Shown in pieces: positions 34,808 to 43,526 of a DNA stretch of 43,526 nucleotides. The translations under genes were made by a program, and so were the position numbers. Position 1 is the first letter of the stretch; each line of letters starts with the position of its first letter. Under the pieces are notes generated by a model. That model saw only the letters and a list, made by a program, of their open reading frames with translations. It ran no database searches and had not been told where the DNA came from. The stretch comes from a virus (lineage: Duplodnaviria > Caudoviricetes): the IMG/VR virus record IMGVR_UViG_3300023107_000005, positions 1 through 43,526 of that record. One strand, given 5' to 3'.

Positions 34808-35092
34808 TCAGGCTTCGATTTCCAGAATAATGCGGTGACCAATGCCGATTTTATTTGGGTCCGGGTGCGGCTGGTACCAGCAGAGGTACCAGCCGTCTTT
34901 TTGCGCTCGCTTCCAGCATTTGCCGTCGTAAGTACCGCTCGGGTAGCTACTGGAGTAATCCATCAACTCAGCCACTTGCTCTACTGAGAGCAGCACGTGC
35001 GAATCGTCCATCGGTGCCTGTCGAATGTCGAATGGCTGGCGCCAATGACGGCCCAGCGGGTCGGTCATGGCGGGAATGGCGTTCAAATCCAT
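34808..35092 (-). CDS. Hypothetical phage protein
   Basis: Start ATG 35092; IPAMTDPLGRHWRQP...YSSSYPSGTYDGKCWKR...WYLCW. Confidence 0.7.
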   Translation of the reverse strand: MDLNAIPAMTDPLGRHWRQPFDIRQAPMDDSHVLLSVEQVAELMDYSSSYPSGTYDGKCWKRAQKDGWYLCWYQPHPDPNKIGIGHRIILEIEA

Positions 35093-35136
35093 TGGGTCTG
35101 ATTCTGCTTTTGTAGGAGAGTGTTTTTTTTGGAGCA

Positions 35137-35883
35137 CTACCAGCCCTGGGTCGGCGTCGGCAGATAGACCTGGGTTTGCGTCCGGATCTTGTTGTAAGCC
35201 GGGCGGGGCGTGTTGCGCGAAACCCGGGCAAACCAGCGCCACCCGCTATGCGTGGCCGGCGAGCCGCGGTGGAAGCTCTGGTCGTTGAAGGCCAGCAGGC
35301 GCCGCTCCGGGGCGTAGGCCTCGCCCAGCGGACCGTGGCCAGCGGCCAGGAGCGGGCGCGGACCGTGCAGGCACCGCTCGATGTCGTCGTGCCACTTGCC
35401 GTAGATGCTGGTTTCGGGGAAGATGCCCCCGGGGCCCAGCTGGCCATCGGGCACATCCTGCAGCACGATGTCGCCGACCAGGAAGGCCGTGCGCGAGCAG
35501 TTGCCCACCAGGGCCAGCACGTGCTCGGCCCGGTAGCTGGGGTTGGCATGCTCGGGCTGGCCATCGGCTCGGGTGCGGGGGATATCATCCAGGTGCCAGC
35601 CCGGAATGCAGGGATACCAGCCCTCCATGAGCATGTGCACGCGCGAGTCAAGTATCACGTCGGCGCCGCGCCAATCCGGCGGCAGCAAGGTCAGAAAGGC
35701 GTGGGTAATGGGCCCACCAAAGTGCTGGGCGTAGGCCAGGTCGGCGGAGAAGAACTGGGGCTCCTGCTCAATAGTGAGCGGGTCAAAGTCGGGCAGAACG
35801 CCCGGCAGCAGCGTGTAGCTGGAGTGGAACAGAATCTCGGTCGTGGGGAAGCCGTAGGTAGCGGCGGGGGCTGGGTTGGGCAT
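35137..35883 (-). CDS. 2OG-Fe(II) oxygenase-like (DSBH) protein
   Basis: IPGWHLDDIPR (HxD), distal FHRG and WRWFAR. Confidence 0.65.
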   Translation of the reverse strand: MPNPAPAATYGFPTTEILFHSSYTLLPGVLPDFDPLTIEQEPQFFSADLAYAQHFGGPITHAFLTLLPPDWRGADVILDSRVHMLMEGWYPCIPGWHLDDIPRTRADGQPEHANPSYRAEHVLALVGNCSRTAFLVGDIVLQDVPDGQLGPGGIFPETSIYGKWHDDIERCLHGPRPLLAAGHGPLGEAYAPERRLLAFNDQSFHRGSPATHSGWRWFARVSRNTPRPAYNKIRTQTQVYLPTPTQGW

Positions 35884-35890
35884 GGGGCGG

Positions 35891-36253
35891 TTAGTCGTTG
35901 TCGATCCAATAGGACCAGGTGTCGTCGAGGCTCTGCATCTCGCTAATCGAGAAGGGGCGCAGGTCGGTAGTGGCGCGCACGGGGATGGCGTCTGCCACGG
36001 CCTTGGTCAGGGCCCGGGTAATCTCCTGCCCGTGGGCCTCGGGCTGCAGCAGCGAGGCGGCCGTCAAGGCCAGGCGCTGCCAGTTCTCGATTTCCTGCTG
36101 GAATTCGGTGGCCAGCGCTTCGAACTTCTTATCCATCTCGCGCACGTGCTCGGCCGTGGCGCCGTCGGTCAGGCCGATGGCCAGGTCAGCTTGCAGGTCG
36201 CGGGCCTGCTCCTGAAGCTGTTGCAGGGCTAGGGTTTTGGGACGGTCAGGCAT
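35891..36253 (-). CDS. Hypothetical protein, paralogous to the C-terminus of 36817..38172
   Basis: Shared NWQRLALTA[AG]SL motif. Confidence 0.7.
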   Translation of the reverse strand: MPDRPKTLALQQLQEQARDLQADLAIGLTDGATAEHVREMDKKFEALATEFQQEIENWQRLALTAASLLQPEAHGQEITRALTKAVADAIPVRATTDLRPFSISEMQSLDDTWSYWIDND

Positions 36254-36309
36254 TTGGAGTGGGGTTTGGATCGTTTTGGATGGTTTTGGATAGTAGCGGC
36301 CTTGTGGGC

Positions 36310-36789
36310 CTACGGCAGCGAGAGGACCTGTTCCGGGTGCTGCACGCCGGCAAAGCGTAGCCGCAGGTAGAGCGCCACCAGGCTGGCCGAGCCATGGTCG
36401 AAGTCCACGCCGTCGGCTTTGTCGTCGATGGTGCCGGTAATGGGCAGGTTCGCCATGCGCAGCAGCTCATGCCAGCAGACCAGATCCATCGCCATAGGGC
36501 GGACCGTAGCCCGGGGGAAGAGCTTTTGCATGGTCGCCTCCGGCAGAAAGTCGGGCACGATGGTCAGAATGCGCTGGAGCACGTTTACCAGCGCCTCAAC
36601 CCACGTAGTAGAAGCGCCGGCGCAGTAGTCCACGACCGCGCAGGGTTGGTGCTGGCGGGCGTCGCGCAGCTGCACGCGGTAGCCGAAGATGACGCGCTCC
36701 ACTTCTAGGCGCCAGGTACCGTTTTCACTTTGCCAGGCCTGCACGTTGCAGGGGTTTTCTGGGTCGCGGGGTGCGGGAGTAAATTGCAT
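36310..36789 (-). CDS. Hypothetical protein
   Basis: ORF in the array. Confidence 0.7.
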   Translation of the reverse strand: MQFTPAPRDPENPCNVQAWQSENGTWRLEVERVIFGYRVQLRDARQHQPCAVVDYCAGASTTWVEALVNVLQRILTIVPDFLPEATMQKLFPRATVRPMAMDLVCWHELLRMANLPITGTIDDKADGVDFDHGSASLVALYLRLRFAGVQHPEQVLSLP

Positions 36790-36816
36790 GGGGCTGGGTC
36801 TGACAGCGGTGGGAGG

Positions 36817-38172
36817 TTATTGCGGCCGGTGGGGCCACTGATCTTTGAAGGCCGCAAAGTGCTGCGGCGTCAGGTTGATGATTTCAGTTCCCTTCGGAGC
36901 GTGGGCAACAGCCAAGCCCAGGCACATGCCCACCAGCACCGACTCGTTGCCGAAAGGCTCGCCCCGGGAAATGATGGAGTGCCCCAAACTGCCGGCGGTA
37001 AGCGCTAGGCGCTGCCAGTTGAGCAGCTCGCGCTGGTAGTTGGCCAGCAGCACGGCCAGGTGCGTGGCCACGTGCTCGAGCGTGCGCACCAGGTGCTCGC
37101 TCGTCTGCCCACTCTGAAACTGATGGCGCGCCAGGTCGCGGGCGGCCTCCAGCGTGCGCAAGAGCACCTTACCCCGCTCCAGGTAGGGCATCTTCAGCAT
37201 TTCCGGGTGCTGCATCGCACGCCGGGAGTAGTCCTGCTCCAAGGCCGTCAGCAGCTCATCAGGATTGCCGTCGATCAGATCGGCCAGCTCGTTTACCGTG
37301 GCGGCGTCAGAGTAGCCAGGAGGAAGTGTAGCCGGCGGCCGCTGATCGCGCTGCAGCTGGCTGGCCAGACGCTTTACCAGCACCCAGCCGGCCCGCTCGG
37401 TGAGCGAGGGGTCATCCGTGCGCAGCACCAGATTCTCTGGATCCAGCTGGGGCATGTCCAGGATGTTGGCCAGCACTTCAGCCCCGACCGGCGCATCCGG
37501 ATCCAGCAGCACGGCCACGCGGTATTTCTCGTCCTCGGCCGGCACCGGGGAGCCATACAACATGGCATTCGCCAGCACTGGGCGCGCGACCGGGCGCTGA
37601 TCAGCGACCAGGCCCCGCACCAGGCGCATGGCCAGGCGCAGCAGCAGAATGTAGCCGGAGGAGTACTCGGCATTCAGCGCCTGATGGTGCACGTCGTACA
37701 GGACCGGCACATCAGCCAGGCTCTCCCCGCGCTGGGCCATACGCTCCGTTTCCGCGTGGGTATCGTGCAGCCACTGGTAGATGTTCGGAATTTCGGCAGG
37801 GGTGATGGGACGCTCAGTGTCCGAGTAGATCATGGCCGGGAATTCGTCCGGCTTCGGTCCTTTCCCGAAGGTGTGCAGCACTTCCAGGATGGAGGCGTTG
37901 CGGGTGACGAAAATGCCGGCATTCCGGCTTTCGTGCCGCCGGTAGGCCTCGAAGCGGTAGGGGCCCTGCACCAGGACAATGCGGCTGTTGCGCACTTCCA
38001 CGCCGGCGGCTTCGGCCAGCTGCTTCAGGGCCGTGAATTCCGCTTTCTTCAGCTTCACGGCGTGGTTGTGGTGTGGCTGCTGCTTGTCGCGCAGATGCTC
38101 CAGTAGGGCGTCGAGCAAGGCCTGGCGTGCCGGCGTTTGCTCCAGAGTGATGATGTCGCGCATGGTAGTCAC
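36817..38172 (-). CDS. Hypothetical protein
   Basis: 451-aa ORF. Confidence 0.75.
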   Translation of the reverse strand: MTTMRDIITLEQTPARQALLDALLEHLRDKQQPHHNHAVKLKKAEFTALKQLAEAAGVEVRNSRIVLVQGPYRFEAYRRHESRNAGIFVTRNASILEVLHTFGKGPKPDEFPAMIYSDTERPITPAEIPNIYQWLHDTHAETERMAQRGESLADVPVLYDVHHQALNAEYSSGYILLLRLAMRLVRGLVADQRPVARPVLANAMLYGSPVPAEDEKYRVAVLLDPDAPVGAEVLANILDMPQLDPENLVLRTDDPSLTERAGWVLVKRLASQLQRDQRPPATLPPGYSDAATVNELADLIDGNPDELLTALEQDYSRRAMQHPEMLKMPYLERGKVLLRTLEAARDLARHQFQSGQTSEHLVRTLEHVATHLAVLLANYQRELLNWQRLALTAGSLGHSIISRGEPFGNESVLVGMCLGLAVAHAPKGTEIINLTPQHFAAFKDQWPHRPQ

Positions 38173-38177
38173 TTGCT

Positions 38178-38525
38178 CTACTCAATAGGAGGCAATGCCT
38201 TGATAAAGGGCTCGTCGCTGAGGCCGATAATCAGCCAGTCCTCGCAGGCGGTGACCTGGTTGGTCACTTCGACGGCGGTGTAGTCGTTTAGGCTCAGGCC
38301 GGCGAGCATAAAGGGCTGCTTCAGGATGGTGTTACCGTAGCGGTAGCACACGAGGAGCTGCTCGCCGTTGTAACTCACGGTGTGGCCGTAGCAGATGGCT
38401 TTACCGTTTTTGTCGGTCGCGCCGATGGGGTACTGTTCCCACTTGCGCAGGAAATCGGTGGCGGAAATGCGAACCTTAACAGGCTCGGCCGGCGGGGTGA
38501 TGGTGGGGGTGTCTTGGGTATTCAT
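38178..38525 (-). CDS. YopX-like protein
   Basis: QYPIGATDKNGKAICYGHTV resembles the YopX QxTGxxDKNGxEIYEGDIV motif. Confidence 0.55.
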   Translation of the reverse strand: MNTQDTPTITPPAEPVKVRISATDFLRKWEQYPIGATDKNGKAICYGHTVSYNGEQLLVCYRYGNTILKQPFMLAGLSLNDYTAVEVTNQVTACEDWLIIGLSDEPFIKALPPIE

Positions 38526-38559
38526 AGGGCGATTTGAAAAAGGCTGGGTACTGGGGATG

Positions 38560-38718
38560 CTATGGCTTGCGGATCTGGTAGCGCTCGTGGTCAGGCAGCA
38601 GCAGCAGCTGGTTGAACTCGGCTAGGGTGGCGTCTAGCGCTTTCGAGGCGGCTATCACTTTGGCCTGGGCGACTCGGTACTTGCGCAAGTACTCGGGGCG
38701 CATTTTGGGGCGGGGCAT
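38560..38718 (-). CDS. Small hypothetical protein (52 aa)
   Basis: Manual translation MPRPKMRPEYLRKYRVAQAKV...; fills the gap. Confidence 0.45.
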   Translation of the reverse strand: MPRPKMRPEYLRKYRVAQAKVIAASKALDATLAEFNQLLLLPDHERYQIRKP

Positions 38719-38769
38719 TGTTTTTTTGTATCTGTTTGATTATCTTGTACTTACTTAACATAAGGTAAA

Positions 38770-39345
38770 TTATAAGACAAATGAGCCGCGACCTTTATGG
38801 TACTCCGCCATCGGTCGCCAATAATCTTTTCCCTTACTGCGCACACCGATGCCCCCATACAATCCGGTACCCTTTAGTTGGATGAAGCGGTATTCTGCCC
38901 AGGGTAGTAAGCGCTGATAGATCAGCCGCACCAGCCAGCGCTCGTACCAGGGCAAACGCTCACGGTACTGCTGCTGAAGCCAAGCTTGCTCACGGGCGTA
39001 GGCATCTTTAGCAGCCTGATCCAATTGAGCTACAAAGGCTGGATTGGGCTCTGTTCTGGATCTGGGATGACTCCGGTGAATCTGGTAGTTCATTGGTTGG
39101 GCTTTTTCAGTAGGGCTGTTTTCTGGGGGTGGCCCGGCTTCGGCGGGTTTGGTAGTCGCTGCAGGTGGCCAGGGCTCGGCGGCCTGCCAGCCGGGCTCGT
39201 ATGGTGGCCACGGATTGAGGCCGGCTGCCTGCCGGGCCTGAAAGATGGCCACTTGCTCGGCTGTGGCATTGGGCGCCTGGCTGAAGGCATCCAATGCGCC
39301 GCGGCAGGCATCAAGCAGTGCGGCGGCGTAAGCGATATTTCCCAT
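38770..39345 (-). CDS. Hypothetical protein
   Basis: ORF; an internal start is possible at MNYQ. Confidence 0.55.
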   Translation of the reverse strand: MGNIAYAAALLDACRGALDAFSQAPNATAEQVAIFQARQAAGLNPWPPYEPGWQAAEPWPPAATTKPAEAGPPPENSPTEKAQPMNYQIHRSHPRSRTEPNPAFVAQLDQAAKDAYAREQAWLQQQYRERLPWYERWLVRLIYQRLLPWAEYRFIQLKGTGLYGGIGVRSKGKDYWRPMAEYHKGRGSFVL

Positions 39346-39369
39346 TGGTGGTTTGTTCTTGGCCTTACA

Positions 39370-39837
39370 TCAAGGCGATGTTTGGAGAAGTAGCTGGGTA
39401 TTCAAGCTTTCGAGCTCCTGCTTTAATCGTTCTAGCTTGGCCGCGGCCGCCTGGTACTTCGGGTGTTCTGTGACGGGAAACATTTCGCGCCAGTTGGAGC
39501 GAACAACCTCCATTTTGTTGCTTATCTCTGTGATTTTGGCCTTTTTGGCTCTTATCTTATTCTGAAGATCTATAAGGTCGGATTTCGGCTTCGGGGTTAT
39601 ACCCCAGCGCATATCCACGTAAGCCCGCGGATTCTGAACCTGGGCCAGCGCAGCGCGGTATTTAAAATACCACCCCCATTTATTGCGGACGTCCCAAGTA
39701 AGATTTTCCCACTTCAGGAAGCCTATCCGGGGGCCTCCAAGTCGTTCCTCAATCACGATAGCAACCCAGAAAGTAGAGTCATTAACGGCATCATAGGCGG
39801 GCTCTAGCCTCATCGATGATTTGGCTTTCTTGACCAT
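39370..39837 (-). CDS. Hypothetical coiled-coil protein (AT-richer)
   Basis: WGWYFKYRAALAQVQNPR and a C-terminal coiled coil. Confidence 0.65.
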   Translation of the reverse strand: MVKKAKSSMRLEPAYDAVNDSTFWVAIVIEERLGGPRIGFLKWENLTWDVRNKWGWYFKYRAALAQVQNPRAYVDMRWGITPKPKSDLIDLQNKIRAKKAKITEISNKMEVVRSNWREMFPVTEHPKYQAAAAKLERLKQELESLNTQLLLQTSP

Positions 39838-39842
39838 AGCGA

Positions 39843-40316
39843 CTACTTCTCCCAGAAAAGCTGCACCACGTATGGGCCGCCGAGCCAACTGGCATTAGCA
39901 TCTACAGCCAGTCTTAGTGCCCCCCGCAGGTACAATGCTGCTGCACCTTCCCGATCAGGTAGCCCGCCCTGGTAAGCGTCGCGCTCGGCTTCGGTCAGGA
40001 CCACATACTTACCCGGGGGCGAAATCACCCAGAGTGGTTCTGGGAACAGCAGCCAGTGCGTAACGCCGGCAAACAGCATCCCGTCTTTCCCATTTTTGGC
40101 CACAATGCCGCTGCTGGTGGAGTCGCTGTCGCATTCCCACACGTAGGGCATGCCCTTGAATTGCTCGTCGCGCAGGATGTCTTCTTCGGGCAGAATTGGC
40201 CACCCGTTCACGATGTTGCCGTCCCAGAGAAAGGCCACGCGGCCGATGGGGAAGTTTTCTTTGTCCGGCAAGCCGTCTTTAGCTATTTCGTAAAGCGTAA
40301 CGTTGAGCGTCTGCAT
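39843..40316 (-). CDS. Hypothetical protein, DUF551-like
   Basis: IAKDGLP...VTHWLLFPEP. Confidence 0.6.
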   Translation of the reverse strand: MQTLNVTLYEIAKDGLPDKENFPIGRVAFLWDGNIVNGWPILPEEDILRDEQFKGMPYVWECDSDSTSSGIVAKNGKDGMLFAGVTHWLLFPEPLWVISPPGKYVVLTEAERDAYQGGLPDREGAAALYLRGALRLAVDANASWLGGPYVVQLFWEK

Positions 40317-40339
40317 GTTGAGGTCGGTTTTATAGCTCG

Positions 40340-40612
40340 CTAGAGATTCAGCGAAGCCTGTTTTTCGGGGACTGAGCAGGCTGGGCGCTCCGTTACCGCT
40401 GCGGCACCGGGCATCAGGAAAACTTCTGTCCAATAAGGGTTCGTCTTTCGGCGCTCCTTCACGCAGCCGCATTTGGTGCACGTGGCCGACTCGCCCCAGG
40501 CCGCTTTGCGGTCCCATTTGTGGCGCTCAGCGCTCGGCACTACCCGCGGTGGGGTCACCGTCTGCAGGTGGACCGTAATCGGTCCGTCTGAAGTCTGAAT
40601 AGTGGTAATCAT
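40340..40612 (-). CDS. Small Zn-finger-like protein
   Basis: RHKW...CTKCG...RPAC. Confidence 0.6.
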   Translation of the reverse strand: MITTIQTSDGPITVHLQTVTPPRVVPSAERHKWDRKAAWGESATCTKCGCVKERRKTNPYWTEVFLMPGAAAVTERPACSVPEKQASLNL

Positions 40613-40616
40613 GGTT

Positions 40617-40868
40617 TCAGAGGTAGGTGTGTTCGATATACTTGGGCAGCTGCAGCAGCTCAGCGACCCGCTGGTCCCGGGCTTCCGGGGTGGCAAAGCC
40701 CTTTTCCAGCACGTACCACCGCCGGCGCTCCCCGTACTTGGCCCGGATCTGGGGCCGCCAGATCAGGTGGGTGCCGCGACCGTCTGGGTTCCGAACCCGC
40801 TTCAGGCTGCTGAATTTCTCCAGCACGATGAAGCCTTCGTCGAGCAGCTTTTCTACCGCTGTCGACAT
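40617..40868 (-). CDS. Hypothetical protein
   Basis: ORF in the array. Confidence 0.65.
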   Translation of the reverse strand: MSTAVEKLLDEGFIVLEKFSSLKRVRNPDGRGTHLIWRPQIRAKYGERRRWYVLEKGFATPEARDQRVAELLQLPKYIEHTYL

Positions 40869-40870
40869 GC

Positions 40871-41248
40871 TCAGAAGGGCGTGTAATAGAGCCAGAATGG
40901 CTCTTTCACTGAGACCATTGATTCATTGGCGAAGCAGGCAGGCAGCTCCACGTAGAGCTGGCTCTCGTGGCACTCCAGCAGCTGGGCGGCCTGTTGGCGC
41001 AGCACGTAGGGCAGCGCCGCGCGCTGGTCCTGCTCCATCAGGTCGAAGGTGGCCACCAGGTCGCCGGGCCAGCGAGGATCCGGGCCGGCGGCAACAAACA
41101 GGTTGGCCGGGGCCTTGCCGGTGGTGGCCAGTTCTTGGGTAACGAGCACCAGGGCGGCGCGGCGGCCGACCCGGAGCGCGTCGTACTCAGCGGTATCAGG
41201 GCGCGTAAATCGAGGCAGGTACATAGCTGGCTTAGTTGGTACCGTCAA
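40871..41248 (-). CDS. Hypothetical protein
   Basis: ORF in the array. Confidence 0.6.
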   Translation of the reverse strand: MTVPTKPAMYLPRFTRPDTAEYDALRVGRRAALVLVTQELATTGKAPANLFVAAGPDPRWPGDLVATFDLMEQDQRAALPYVLRQQAAQLLECHESQLYVELPACFANESMVSVKEPFWLYYTPF

Positions 41249-41450
41249 TGAATTCGCGCATCTGGGCCGGCGTGCTCAGCAGCCCGCCCAGGATCTGCAG
41301 CATGCCCAGCTCGATGGCTGTGTGCCCGGCCAGCTCGGCATGCTTGCTTAGGTCGGAGACAAAGGAGGTCCAGCCGGTGCTCACGTCGCCGGCATCGATG
41401 TATTCGAAGGCCCTGTTTTTGGCCCACTGGAGGTGTTCTGCTCGCTTCAT
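41232..41450 (-). CDS. Small phage protein
   Basis: MKRAEHLQWAKNRAFEY...SDLSKH...MREFIDG. Confidence 0.7.
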   Translation of the reverse strand: MKRAEHLQWAKNRAFEYIDAGDVSTGWTSFVSDLSKHAELAGHTAIELGMLQILGGLLSTPAQMREFIDGTN

Positions 41451-41570
41451 CGGTGAAAAAAAGTTAGTTGTATCGGGCCCACCAGCCGCGCAGGCTGATG
41501 CGAATTGTTGGGAGTCTGGCACGCCGCCACTCGTAGAGCCGGCGGCCGTGGCAGTCGAAGCGCCGGCGCT

Positions 41571-41813
41571 TCACTGCTCGGGGACCAAGTGGCTGCCTAC
41601 CGTGTGGCCATGGCGGCGCAGTACCTCGGCCGCCTCGTGGCTGGCCACGGCCAGGATCGTGCGGGTACCCAAGCTCCAGGGCTTGAGCAGACTCTGATCG
41701 TAGGCCAGGCCCCGCTCACAGAGCTGCTCGACGGTGTGCCGCTTCCCGTCGATGGTGTACACGCCCTCGGAAACGGGCGTCTTGATAACTTCTGCGTTTT
41801 CTAGCTGATTCAT
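41571..41813 (-). CDS. Hypothetical protein
   Basis: ATGA-coupled ORF. Confidence 0.6.
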   Translation of the reverse strand: MNQLENAEVIKTPVSEGVYTIDGKRHTVEQLCERGLAYDQSLLKPWSLGTRTILAVASHEAAEVLRRHGHTVGSHLVPEQ

Positions 41814-42448
41814 TGCTGTTCGCCGCTAAGAGGTGTAGCAAAGCGCCACGTGCGCCAGTTTTCCGGCTTCATTTCGACATCCATATCAAGGGCAGGGGCG
41901 GTTTCACGCATCCACCGCATGGCGAAATCCCACTGCTGCTCATCGCTCATGGCGTACCAGCCCTCCTCATCATTGGCCGGCCAAACGCTCACACCAGCCA
42001 GGTACAGGTGGCGGCTGGGGAAGCTCTCGCAAACCGAGTAGCTCATTACCACCGGACTGCTGGCATCCTGCCGTAACAACTCCTGTAGTCCCTCCCACCC
42101 CATCTCGGCCCGCAGCACGCCGGCGGCACGAGCCCGACCAATCAGCTCGGCCAGCCAGGCCCGGTTGGGCCCGTCGACCCAACCCCAGAGCTCACAGGTG
42201 CCGTGGATACGGGCAGCCAGGTTGAGCACGTCGGACTCAAGCACGGTGAGCCGGTCGAGCATCTCACAAAAGCGCCCCACTTCGAACCCGTAAGGCGTAG
42301 GCTCCCCGGGCATCCTACTGCCAAACTGCCTGGTAGCACCAATCAGCGCGTTGGCGATGTTCTGGGTCAGCAGCGTGAGGTGAGCACGCTCGCGGCCTTC
42401 TACCCGGTAGGAAGGCTGATTTTTTTGATGAAAATAGATAGCGGACAT
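41810..42448 (-). CDS. Hypothetical protein
   Basis: LAARIHGTCELWGWVDGPNRAWLA...PVVMSYSVCESFP. Confidence 0.7.
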   Translation of the reverse strand: MSAIYFHQKNQPSYRVEGRERAHLTLLTQNIANALIGATRQFGSRMPGEPTPYGFEVGRFCEMLDRLTVLESDVLNLAARIHGTCELWGWVDGPNRAWLAELIGRARAAGVLRAEMGWEGLQELLRQDASSPVVMSYSVCESFPSRHLYLAGVSVWPANDEEGWYAMSDEQQWDFAMRWMRETAPALDMDVEMKPENWRTWRFATPLSGEQQ

Positions 42449-42451
42449 CGG

Positions 42452-42940
42452 CTACTCGTAGGTCAAGGGCGCCATGGGCACCGGTGGTGGGGAGGACTGC
42501 AGGTGGCACCCGGGCACGCCGGCCACACGCAGCGAGTCGAGGAAAGGCAGCGTGGCAATGGCGGATGCCTGGCAGCTGGCCGCAAACTGTTCCTGCAGGA
42601 CCGGATCCGGGATCATATCGGCCAGCTCGTCGAAGGTGAGCACGATCTTGGCCAGCACCTGGGTGAGCTCCTCCAGGGCATGCTGCTCCAGGCTCAGCGC
42701 GACGGGCGCATCCGCTGGCAGCACCTTCGGCGTGCCCAGGGCTGGCACGCCGGCGTCTGCCATGGCCTGCAGCAACGGCTCCTTGCCGGCGCGAATGCGC
42801 GCCACGATGCCCTGCACGATCAGCTTGATTTCGGCTTGGGTCAGCGCAAGGCCCAACGCATTAAGCTGCGCCTGAGCAATGTTCAAGGCCTTTAGGATAG
42901 CGACGAGCTGGTCGTAGCGCAGGTGGATGGTGTAGCGCAT
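42452..42940 (-). CDS. Hypothetical protein
   Basis: ORF in the array. Confidence 0.65.
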   Translation of the reverse strand: MRYTIHLRYDQLVAILKALNIAQAQLNALGLALTQAEIKLIVQGIVARIRAGKEPLLQAMADAGVPALGTPKVLPADAPVALSLEQHALEELTQVLAKIVLTFDELADMIPDPVLQEQFAASCQASAIATLPFLDSLRVAGVPGCHLQSSPPPVPMAPLTYE

Positions 42941-42963
42941 CGGATTCTGGTTAAAAGGTGTAC

Positions 42964-43221
42964 CTAGCGGGGGTTGGTTAAGGCAATGCGGTCGAAGTAT
43001 TCACGCCAGATCAGGCCGGCCGTCAGGGCCAGCAGCAGCTGGCTGCCGAGCCAGAAGCACCAGACGCACCAGCCCAGCCAGGAGGCAGGTAGGGGCTGAA
43101 AAGCCGTGTGCACGCCGCCGGCAAACATGAGGCTGATACCCGAGGCCAACAGGCCCAGGGCTTTGTCGGAAAGCAGGCGAAACAGGTGCAGGAAGCGCTT
43201 TAGGCGCAGGAAGCGTTTCAT
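42964..43221 (-). CDS. Small two-helix membrane protein
   Basis: Start ATG 43221 (MKRFLRLKRF); two hydrophobic segments. Confidence 0.6.
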   Translation of the reverse strand: MKRFLRLKRFLHLFRLLSDKALGLLASGISLMFAGGVHTAFQPLPASWLGWCVWCFWLGSQLLLALTAGLIWREYFDRIALTNPR

Positions 43222-43526
43222 CAGAATTGATCTAGGGCCCGACCGCGGGCGTTCATAATGCGCAGCTTCAGCTCCTCTCGGCGCTCGTCGGCCACGATGG
43301 AGAAAGTTGCCGTGAGCAGCTTGCGGGCCTTCTCGCGGATCACGTCGGCCGTGGCATTCCGCGGCAGCTCCAGCACCAGCCACCAGGGCTCCTCCCCTAC
43401 TACCGGCTCCGGGCCGGCCGGCAGCGCCAGACCGGCGTAAGCAGCGGCCTGCACCTGGGAGGTGCCGTGGCGCTCGATGGCTCGCAGCGCTTCCAGGGTG
43501 CGGCGCACGGCCTGCAGGTTATGCTC
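43221..43526 (-). CDS. Partial phage J-domain-like protein (5' end outside the window)
   Basis: HNLQAVRRTLEALRAIERHG...LALP...WWLVLELPRNATADVIREKARKL; frame is open to the window edge. Confidence 0.7.
   Translation of the reverse strand, partial: EHNLQAVRRTLEALRAIERHGTSQVQAAAYAGLALPAGPEPVVGEEPWWLVLELPRNATADVIREKARKLLTATFSIVADERREELKLRIMNARGRALDQF

Noticed and set aside
42964-43221. Holin
   Set aside because: Two hydrophobic segments, but it lies in the accessory cluster with no endolysin nearby
777-43440. Many long + strand ORFs (e.g. 777..2228, 13102..15285, 16462..17832, 21911..23107)
   Set aside because: They are antisense shadows of GC-rich minus-strand genes and have no recognisable motifs

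Overview
The window is part of a GC-rich tailed phage or prophage, with essentially all genes on the minus strand. The host is probably a Bacteroidota member such as Hymenobacter; this is inferred from TAnnTTTG promoter boxes, C/A-rich leaders without Shine-Dalgarno motifs and high GC. In transcription order (right to left) it holds: (i) a dense cluster of small accessory genes at about 29-43.5 kb (J-like, YopX-like, 2OG-Fe(II) oxygenase-like, ASCH, DUF1643, lipocalin-like, Lar/sce7726 fusion, HTH); (ii) an AT-rich control region; (iii) an SPO1/A511-type head module (TerS, TerL, two putative internal head proteins, portal, accessory genes, MuF, prohead protease/scaffold, major capsid, head completion); (iv) a ParB-N/DNA methyltransferase and a partial neck gene. 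The most notable element is a 2542-aa protein inside the head module, carrying AAA ATPase, Nudix, an H-type ART-like domain, a HipA/PI3K-like kinase, helical repeats and a C-terminal VIP2-like ADP-ribosyltransferase. Its first three modules are each preceded by a prohead-protease-type K|[A/G/S] site and a short hairpin-like motif. The motif matches [LM]-x9-G-x5-[YW]V exactly in two of these modules and twice more in another head-cluster protein, with looser copies elsewhere. I infer a capsid-targeted, protease-processed effector polyprotein that is injected with the genome. A second notable element is the intergenic locus at 2375-2592, with a perfect palindrome, three phased repeats, a promoter and a candidate + strand small RNA. 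All assignments come from recognising motifs by eye; no database searches were run.
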